Source of the DNA: a virus
IMG/VR virus record: IMGVR_UViG_3300028666_000002
DNA length: 64,000 nt
Reading direction: 5' to 3' (one strand)
In this document: one piece after another, positions 57,111-64,000 of the stretch
Position numbering within the stretch: position 1 is the first letter of the stretch
Layout of the letters: each line of letters opens with the position of its first letter
Made by a program: the position numbers and the translations under genes
The notes under the pieces: model-generated
What the model was told of the DNA's origin: nothing
Database searches by the model: none
The model's input: the letters and a program-made list of their open reading frames with translations, nothing else

Positions 57111-58124
57111 ATGGGATTTTTTCCGTCAGATGCAGTGCTACAAACGGTCGTTAGGCTGTTTTTAGATGATATGCGCAATAATATATGGTTGATCGATCAT
57201 ATGATGGAAGATTTTGTCAAAAATCCTTATCTCAAGAAAGCATATGGTCAGAAACAGATCGATGCATGTAAGGAATTTCTCCTTAATAATCAAATAGATG
57301 TTTATGTAGGATGGCAATCTGGCAAAATAAAACCACCATGTATTTCCATAGGATTAGGGCCGATGCCAGAGCGCGAAGGTCTAAAATTCATGGCCGATAA
57401 GGATACGGAAGAGATTGTTCTTCTTCCTAATGAGATTGGTAAACCGATAGCCTATATGGTTAAACCCTTTGTTCCTACTGGTTACGATGAAACCACAGGG
57501 GAATTGGGATTACCAACAAATATAGAGATAGACCAGATAGCTCCTGGGATGGTTTTAGTTAACCCAACCAATGCTATTGGATATACTATACAAAGTATAA
57601 CGGCAAATAGTTTATTTATCGATCCTGGACTAGCCATAGATGCTAGCAAACTTGGGATTCTTCCTCGTTATCCCTTTTATAAAGCTAGAGTGGAACATAC
57701 CTATTCAACTGGCAATTACAATATCATCTGTACGGCCCATGGCGACCCCCAAAATGCCATTTGGCTACACGACATCACCTTATATGGTCTTTTACGTTAT
57801 AAAGAGAGTTTACTAGAAGCCCTAGGACTTTCTGAAACAGTAATGTCTTCGGGACCGTTGGAAGTTAATCAAGAATTAGGCACTCCTGGTGGGGATACTG
57901 TTTGGGATAGAACCATTTCTCTCGTGGGTCAAATTGAAAATACATTTATAAAACAACCGCATCGTCTCATCGAAGTAATTAATTTTAAAAAGAAAATAGG
58001 CAAAGGTCCAAAATCTGGTTGGACTGGCGGCATTATCTTCTTGGCTAATAAAACCACACCAGCTTTCATGATGGATAACGATGAGCCTTGGTCTACCGTG
58101 GAAGATGATGATTCCGAAGATTAA
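57111..58124 (+). CDS. putative tail terminator/completion protein
   Basis: PPCISI motif; position before the sheath; preceded by AATCTTAA. Confidence 0.5.
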   Translation: MGFFPSDAVLQTVVRLFLDDMRNNIWLIDHMMEDFVKNPYLKKAYGQKQIDACKEFLLNNQIDVYVGWQSGKIKPPCISIGLGPMPEREGLKFMADKDTEEIVLLPNEIGKPIAYMVKPFVPTGYDETTGELGLPTNIEIDQIAPGMVLVNPTNAIGYTIQSITANSLFIDPGLAIDASKLGILPRYPFYKARVEHTYSTGNYNIICTAHGDPQNAIWLHDITLYGLLRYKESLLEALGLSETVMSSGPLEVNQELGTPGGDTVWDRTISLVGQIENTFIKQPHRLIEVINFKKKIGKGPKSGWTGGIIFLANKTTPAFMMDNDEPWSTVEDDDSED

Positions 58125-58141
58125 GCAATCTTATTAATACT

Positions 58142-58486
58142 ATGCCAGGATTTATTAAAACGCCAGCTGATGAGAAAAAGTGGAACGCCATCAAGCATTC
58201 TGTAGCGAAACAACGAGGTAAAAGCGTTGAAGATTTTACAGATAGAGATTGGGCTACGGTCAATGGAGCTTGGCATAAGAGTGAATTTGAAGAAATCACC
58301 AAATCTATCGCTTCCATGCCACGCATGCCAAGTGGGATGAAGATGCCTAAGCCTAAAAGCATGCCTCAAGCCCTCGATAAACCTTCGAAGTTTTTCAAAT
58401 CAGAACCAGAAGAATTTTCTCATATGAAACACCCTACTTTGATGAAATTACGTGATTTTTTGAAACATACTCGTAGTAAAAAATAA
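58142..58486 (+). CDS. hypothetical small basic protein
   Basis: Preceded by GCAATCTTA; WHKSE and FFKSE motifs. Confidence 0.55.
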   Translation: MPGFIKTPADEKKWNAIKHSVAKQRGKSVEDFTDRDWATVNGAWHKSEFEEITKSIASMPRMPSGMKMPKPKSMPQALDKPSKFFKSEPEEFSHMKHPTLMKLRDFLKHTRSKK

Positions 58487-58557
58487 GATTAATAAAATCA
58501 AATACTTAAGGTAAATACTAGGCAGGGGCACACAATCTTAACACTAGGTATGGAGAC

Positions 58558-59610
58558 TTGAGCATGGCTAATTCAGATAAACAGCTTACGGCAAAACAAG
58601 TGGCGACTGCTGTATTAGAAAAAGTAGGCGAACTTCTGCACAAATGTGAGCTTATGAAGGCAGAAAGTTACAAACCTCAAAATTCTGGTAAAGAAAATGC
58701 TAAGCCATCTGAACATAACTCTAAAGATGCTATGCAACATGCTGATGGACCGGGGCCGAAGGGTGAAATTCATCCTAAAGAAACAGAGGTTGGGGCGCCG
58801 ACCAATGAAAGCAGGCCTACTCCTGCTCCGGGAAATAACCCGAAAGAAAAGGCGGAAGGCAATAACGAGCTTGCAGGCACCACGCCAACTCAAGTTGGTC
58901 AAGATGGAAAGAATAAGCCTGGATATGATGAAATGAAAGGCCACCTAAAGTTGGCAAAGTTTATTGGACGTATGGAAGGGAAGAGAGAAAGAAATCTTTC
59001 TAATACGCAGACTCAAGGAGAGTCAACGACTCAACATAAAGAAGTTGTTAGCGGGATGAATAAATCAGAAGATTTGGCAAAAGCCGAAGCATTTAACCCT
59101 GCTAAAGCTACGGCACCTGCGGCTACGGCTGCAAAGCCGGGGTCTGCTAATTCTCCGACTAAAACTAACACAGAAACTGGTGGTTCAAGCCCCGGTGGCG
59201 CTTCAACGGGCGGAGTCGGAAGCGGTCTTGGTGGTGCTGGCACAGGCGGCGCCGCAACAGGCGGCGCTTCTACCGGTGGTGCTGGCACGGTAAATGTAAC
59301 AATTTCTGGTAGTAGCAGTACGGATACGAGTTCTGGAGCCGGTGCTAAAAAAGGTGACGGCGGTGGCAAACCTGCAGCCCCAATCACCATCAATATAAGC
59401 AATGTTGGTGGTACAACCGATGCTGGTAATGTTGCAAGCGGTGACGGTCCTGGTGCTTCGGGTTCAGGCGGTACTGCTCCGAATGGCTTTGGTGGTGGCG
59501 GCGGCGGAGCTTCTCCAGATGAGCCAAAGAATTTTAGTACGCAAGGCAAAGATAAGATGGTGAAGAGTCAGTACGGTATGCACACTCTTGAATGGCGCAA
59601 GGCTAACTAA
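58558..59610 (+). CDS. Gly/Ser/Thr-rich low-complexity protein, probable internal head protein
   Basis: LMKAE, MNKSE, LAKAE, MVKS motifs; segments resemble the scaffold's low-complexity repeats. Confidence 0.55.
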   Translation: MSMANSDKQLTAKQVATAVLEKVGELLHKCELMKAESYKPQNSGKENAKPSEHNSKDAMQHADGPGPKGEIHPKETEVGAPTNESRPTPAPGNNPKEKAEGNNELAGTTPTQVGQDGKNKPGYDEMKGHLKLAKFIGRMEGKRERNLSNTQTQGESTTQHKEVVSGMNKSEDLAKAEAFNPAKATAPAATAAKPGSANSPTKTNTETGGSSPGGASTGGVGSGLGGAGTGGAATGGASTGGAGTVNVTISGSSSTDTSSGAGAKKGDGGGKPAAPITINISNVGGTTDAGNVASGDGPGASGSGGTAPNGFGGGGGGASPDEPKNFSTQGKDKMVKSQYGMHTLEWRKAN

Positions 59611-59613
59611 TTT

Positions 59614-59883
59614 ATGGCTAAAGAAAAACAAATTAAAGAGAGTATGTCTCTAGAAGAGGCCAAGGCCTATAGAGCTTCTCAGTATAAGCCAACTATTGTT
59701 CCTTTATCTGATAAGGAAAAGAGAGAACAGTTTAGGCTTTTTTGGGCTCAATCAAAAAAGAAGTATGGCAAATCGAAAGAATTAGAACAGATCTTGTGGA
59801 TATACTTGAAGGCCACAGGACATGACGAACCGGAAAAGTTTGATGCGGGTGTTCGTCATTTTGGATTTAAGATAGGGAAATAG
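59614..59883 (+). CDS. hypothetical protein
   Basis: Directly upstream of the sheath gene. Confidence 0.6.
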   Translation: MAKEKQIKESMSLEEAKAYRASQYKPTIVPLSDKEKREQFRLFWAQSKKKYGKSKELEQILWIYLKATGHDEPEKFDAGVRHFGFKIGK

Positions 59884-59894
59884 GGAGAATAATC

Positions 59895-62045
59895 ATGTCA
59901 TTACGACTAGTTACGCCTTTTATTAATACAAATATTCCAGGAAGTTATCCGAATATTATTGTGCAGAGCCAGCCCGTTGGATTGGGTAGCTCTGGCGTGG
60001 TTGTCATCATGGGAGAAGCCGCTCAGGGTCCTAGCTATCAGCAGATCCCGTTAAAGACCAACTATTTTACTCCTAATCAGCTTGCTCTTGTTACGCAAAT
60101 CTACGGTAGCGGACAAATTGTTGATGCCTTTACTGCTTTGGCCGCTCCTTCTAATGATCCAGATATCACGGGTACAGCCAATCAAGTTTACGTTGTGAAG
60201 ACTAACACTGGAACCATCGCATCTGCTGCTATTCCTGGTGGTTATGGAACTCTATTTTTTAACAACTATGGTACTCCCGGAAATAACTACGCATATCAAG
60301 TAACGAATACTCAGACCGAAGTTACTCCGACCGTTGGCGGAAATACAGTCCCTGCTTTTGGCGCACCTCTTAACGGCGCAAGTTTCACTCTTAGAATGAA
60401 TGGATTTACTGGGGCAGTAGTTACCCTGAGTGCTACTCCCGCACTGCATGCCAATATTGGTACTTTGATTACGGAACTCAATGGATTACTTCCCGCTGGA
60501 ATTACGGCTAGTCTTGGGGTGGCACTTAATAGTCTTCAACTTACCATGGCAGTTGATCCGGGTGCGAATGCAGAAGGATGGGGTAAATCATTTGAATTGA
60601 TTGATTCCACTCCTGGCGATCTCGCTTCTCTTGGGTTGGCGGCTGGACTTACGGTATCTGCTGCAGAACCGGCGATTGAAGTTGTAACTTCTAATTCTGG
60701 AGTAAATTTTAGCGAAACCTTAGACATCGCTTCTGAAATTGGTTTGCAAATTGGATATCAGGGCACGACTGCTTTGATGACAATCAACGCCACATCGCTT
60801 ATCACTACGGTTGCTGGTGGAGTTGGTGCGAGTCTGAATATTACCCTTAGCCAATTTAATACGTTGGCAGGCTTGGTAGCTTTCATTCAAACGCAGCCAG
60901 GTTATACGGTCAGCGTTTCTGCTGCAGTTCAACAGCTGTCGCCAAGTATTCTGGATCAGGTGGCTGCGATTGGTATCGCTTCTACTGGTACATCGCTTAT
61001 GCCTGGCCGAGTTAAGATAGCATTGTATAATTTTGAAACTGCGTTGGGCACCTCAAAAGCTTTGGTTTTCACAAATACCGCACATGCGGGATTGCCAAGT
61101 TCGATGAGCCTTCCGGCTTTACTGGCTGGTGGCGGAAGAGGACCCACGCTTGCGGCAGATATCGTTAATGCATTGGCGCAAATGGCCGGTATTAATGTTA
61201 ATATCATTGTTCCGTTATTTTCGCAAGATGCATCCAGAGATATTACTGCGGGGATGACATCTTCAGCGTCCACATATACGATTGCGGCTATCAACGCACT
61301 GACAAAGAGTCACTGCATCGAGTATAGCACACCACAATTGAAAAAGAATCGTCAAGCGATTCTCTCAATGTTAGATACCTACGCTAACGACAAAAGTGAA
61401 GCACAAGGACTTGCATTTTATCGTTGCTCTCTTACGATGCAACAGATTCAGCAAGTTAATTCCCAAGGAGTTATTACAACGTTTCAGCCTTGGTACGCCT
61501 CATGCTTGGCGGCGGGTATGCAAGCGGGTGGTTTCTATAAAGCCATCGTTAATAAAGCGGCCAATATCATCAGTTATATCGACCCGGTTGGGTTTGATTC
61601 GGGCGATCCCGGCGATGTGAGTGATGCTCTTTCTGCTGGTCTGCTTTTCCTGTCAACAGATACGAGCAGGGCGGGTTACTGGGTCAGTGATCAGACTACG
61701 TATGGCTATGATACTAATTTTGTTTACAATAGTATCCAAGCTGTGTATACATCCGATCTCGTTGCCCTTGATCTGGCACAAAGCTTCTGGTTACAGTTCG
61801 GCGGTCAATCAGATGCCGATGTTACCGCAGCTTCTGGATTGGCATTCTTAGGCCAAAAGATGGCTGGCTATCTAGCGCTTAAGCTTATTGGTTCAAGCAG
61901 CGATGCGCCGCTTGGATGGAAGAATCCGAATATTATTATCAATGCACCAGAAATGGATGTGTCGGTGGAAATTAAGCTCAGTACGGCAATTTACTTTATT
62001 CCGCTTAACATCAACGTTTCGCAGATAATGAATTCGGCAAGTTAA
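59895..62045 (+). CDS. contractile tail sheath protein
   Basis: 716 aa; PGSY, IMGEA..GP N-terminus; DQTTY...SIQ and IYFIP.NI C-terminus; followed by a tube-sized gene. Confidence 0.88.
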   Translation: MSLRLVTPFINTNIPGSYPNIIVQSQPVGLGSSGVVVIMGEAAQGPSYQQIPLKTNYFTPNQLALVTQIYGSGQIVDAFTALAAPSNDPDITGTANQVYVVKTNTGTIASAAIPGGYGTLFFNNYGTPGNNYAYQVTNTQTEVTPTVGGNTVPAFGAPLNGASFTLRMNGFTGAVVTLSATPALHANIGTLITELNGLLPAGITASLGVALNSLQLTMAVDPGANAEGWGKSFELIDSTPGDLASLGLAAGLTVSAAEPAIEVVTSNSGVNFSETLDIASEIGLQIGYQGTTALMTINATSLITTVAGGVGASLNITLSQFNTLAGLVAFIQTQPGYTVSVSAAVQQLSPSILDQVAAIGIASTGTSLMPGRVKIALYNFETALGTSKALVFTNTAHAGLPSSMSLPALLAGGGRGPTLAADIVNALAQMAGINVNIIVPLFSQDASRDITAGMTSSASTYTIAAINALTKSHCIEYSTPQLKKNRQAILSMLDTYANDKSEAQGLAFYRCSLTMQQIQQVNSQGVITTFQPWYASCLAAGMQAGGFYKAIVNKAANIISYIDPVGFDSGDPGDVSDALSAGLLFLSTDTSRAGYWVSDQTTYGYDTNFVYNSIQAVYTSDLVALDLAQSFWLQFGGQSDADVTAASGLAFLGQKMAGYLALKLIGSSSDAPLGWKNPNIIINAPEMDVSVEIKLSTAIYFIPLNINVSQIMNSAS

Positions 62046-62075
62046 TTATTTTTAATGTAAGTAAGGAGAATTAAA

Positions 62076-62534
62076 ATGGCTGCTAAAACAATAGTTGGCG
62101 GTAGAACATTCGTAACAGTCGATGGTACTGTCGTTGGTGTGTTTGATAGTTGCACCATCAATGAAGGATTGACTCTAGAAGATATCCATATCCTCGGCAA
62201 ATATGGGGCTGACGAAATTGTGGCTACATCGTATAATGCCATAACTGTCTCTTGTACGGGGTTTAGAATTTACGGAAATGGTGTAAAGGTATTGCCAAAA
62301 TTTCCTACGGTGAATGATCTACTTCTTCTTGGTACGGTTACTCTCTCTGTTCAGGATAGACAAAACCTTAAGGGCAACCCTATCGCCACTATAATTAACT
62401 GCGTACCTGAGACCAATAGCGAGAATTTTAATGCCCGTGCAACCTCTAAGATCAATATCAGCTACCGTGGTACACTTTTAGTTGATGAAAGTGCCCCTAA
62501 TGATGGTGAAAACGGAGCAACGTCTCTTCCATAA
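62076..62534 (+). CDS. tail tube protein
   Basis: 152 aa beta-rich gene right after the sheath, strong RBS, followed by a terminator. Confidence 0.8.
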   Translation: MAAKTIVGGRTFVTVDGTVVGVFDSCTINEGLTLEDIHILGKYGADEIVATSYNAITVSCTGFRIYGNGVKVLPKFPTVNDLLLLGTVTLSVQDRQNLKGNPIATIINCVPETNSENFNARATSKINISYRGTLLVDESAPNDGENGATSLP

Positions 62535-62556
62535 TAGTATCTAACTTATTAATATT

Positions 62557-62593
62557 AAAAGCCTTTCAGAGAAATCTGAAGGGCTTTTGTTTT
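62557..62593 (+). terminator. intrinsic terminator after the tail tube gene
   Basis: AAAAGCCTTTCAGA-GAAA-TCTGAAGGGCTTTT then GTTTT. Confidence 0.88.
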
Positions 62594-62619
62594 AATTACT
62601 TTAATGATATAATATAGTT

Positions 62620-63423
62620 ATGCAAAGTAAATGGAAATTTGAAATGCTTCAAAAGGAAGCGTTGAAATATAAAACTAGAGTTGAATTTCAAAAAAATAGT
62701 AAGGGTGCTTATTTGGCCGCATATAGGAGAGATCTTCTGGACCAAATTTGCACTCATATGAGATTTCCCAAAACTAAACCCTATACCTTTGAAGAACTGA
62801 AGGTGGAGGCGTTGAACTACAAAACAAAAGGCGAATTTCGAAGTACTCCACTATATCACGTAGCACATAGGAAGGGTTTACTAGATCAAGTCTGCTCTCA
62901 TATGACACCCGTGCTTAACTATTGGACAGATGAAGAATTAATAAAAGAAGCCTTAAAATATACCACCAGAACAGAGTTTTCAAAAAATAGTTCAGGATAT
63001 CAAACTGCTCACGCTAGGGGTATCTTGGATCAGATTTGCTCTCATATGAAAATTTTGGGCGCAACATCTATACCAGAAAAGAAACTTTTTGATTTAATAA
63101 AAGAGGTATATTCGGAAACTAAGCGTTTGAAAGATCGAAGGGTGAGCATACTCAATAAACCTTATATTCATGGAATGGAAATCGATATTTACATCCCCAA
63201 CCTAAATAAAGGTATAGAGTTTGATGGTCGTTATTGGCATTCTATTCCTGGACTTAAACGCTCACACCCTAATTGGCCAGAAAAAGATCTCCGGAACTAT
63301 CATCAAATCAAAGACGATTATTTTCTCTCCAAAGGCATCCAAATTCTCCATATCAATGAGATTGATTGGTTAAAAGACAGGGAATCTTGTCTTAAAAAAT
63401 GTTTAACTTTTCTAAGTACTTAA
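62620..63423 (+). CDS. putative homing endonuclease (three EALKY..R.EF...LDQ.C.HM repeats + PD-(D/E)xK/Vsr-like domain)
   Basis: EIDIYIP...GIEFDGRYWHS; preceded by TGATATAAT-N6-ATG (possibly leaderless). Confidence 0.75.
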   Translation: MQSKWKFEMLQKEALKYKTRVEFQKNSKGAYLAAYRRDLLDQICTHMRFPKTKPYTFEELKVEALNYKTKGEFRSTPLYHVAHRKGLLDQVCSHMTPVLNYWTDEELIKEALKYTTRTEFSKNSSGYQTAHARGILDQICSHMKILGATSIPEKKLFDLIKEVYSETKRLKDRRVSILNKPYIHGMEIDIYIPNLNKGIEFDGRYWHSIPGLKRSHPNWPEKDLRNYHQIKDDYFLSKGIQILHINEIDWLKDRESCLKKCLTFLST

Positions 63424-63517
63424 ATCCATTACGGTTTACTACAGCAATCTTAAAGATGTCCTCATATGGTTGAGGATTTTGTTATGCAAGGGCATAACTC
63501 CTTAAAAGGATTGGGAT

Positions 63518-64000
63518 ATGGCGTTAGAGAAAGCATGGGGATTAGTCCCTCCACAACTATTTACCAGTGATGGAACCCAATTTGGCGAAATCACAGTTGC
63601 CAATACCGCTGGATTTAAAGTTAAACAAACAGCCTATCTCAAGGCTACTGGATTGCCTGACCTACCCGTTCAAATCAAAAGAGTTCTTTCTTCCACCCTA
63701 TTAGTCGTAGGCACCGTAAACAACGCTCAGATCGCTCAGTGGCCTCCTTTGAATGTAACGGCCTACACTGTGGCTAGAAATGCGGCTATAGGGGCACAGA
63801 TACAGCCCAAAAGCAATCCTACGGTAGACGATATAATGAAGGCGGTCTATGAAACCGACCCTACCGTTGCTCTACGCGTTATATTCACTGACCAATACGG
63901 AAACCTGTACAGTGATGAAAATCCACTTCCTGCCACCTTCGAAGGTACGATATCAATAGGATCAGTGGAGGTTAAAGGTACAAATGGAAATTTTTTAGAG
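63518..64000 (+). CDS. putative virion protein, partial (runs off the right edge)
   Basis: Open frame MALEKAWGLVPPQLFTSDG... to the window end; preceded by GCAATCTTAA at 63444. Confidence 0.65.
   Translation, partial: MALEKAWGLVPPQLFTSDGTQFGEITVANTAGFKVKQTAYLKATGLPDLPVQIKRVLSSTLLVVGTVNNAQIAQWPPLNVTAYTVARNAAIGAQIQPKSNPTVDDIMKAVYETDPTVALRVIFTDQYGNLYSDENPLPATFEGTISIGSVEVKGTNGNFLE

Noticed and set aside
1-64000. Alternative genetic code or prophage/integrase signatures
   Set aside because: Core genes are full length under the standard code, with TAG and TGA both used as real stops; no integrase or host chromosomal genes are evident in the window.

Overview
A 64 kb segment of a large contractile-tailed dsDNA phage (myovirus) using the standard genetic code. 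Its capsid, portal and sheath architecture resembles SPO1/A511-type phages; the host cannot be determined from this window. 1-17.5 kb (minus strand): replication, recombination and transcription genes (DnaE, DEDDh exonuclease, RNase H, RuvC-like resolvase, Rad50/Mre11, SF2 helicase, a sigma70-family factor truncated before region 4.2, a probable GroES, an exported ClpP-like protease). 17.6-26.8 kb (plus): GroEL, intein-containing terminase, portal, MuF-like protein. 26.8-37.7 kb: a mostly minus-strand accessory block interrupting the head module, with a cluster of non-coding structured RNAs (including five to six tRNA-shaped elements whose anticodon arm is replaced by variable inserts), a c-type cytochrome, DNA ligase, 2OG-Fe(II) oxygenase, M15 peptidase, a PRS-like + NAMPT-like NAD pair (NARP1 architecture) and a prohead protease fused to a GNAT domain. 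37.9-64 kb (plus): scaffold, major capsid protein, a DUF3494 ice-binding-domain protein, neck proteins, a 2H phosphoesterase (Acb1-like), an mCpol/GGD-palm domain protein with CxxC repeats, tail sheath and tube, and many homing endonucleases. An AATCTT motif sits upstream of about 15 genes (candidate -10-only late promoter), and a hydrophobic-x-K-[S/A/G] motif marks a cohort of probable head-packaged proteins. All calls are from manual motif reading; no database searches or folding programs were run.
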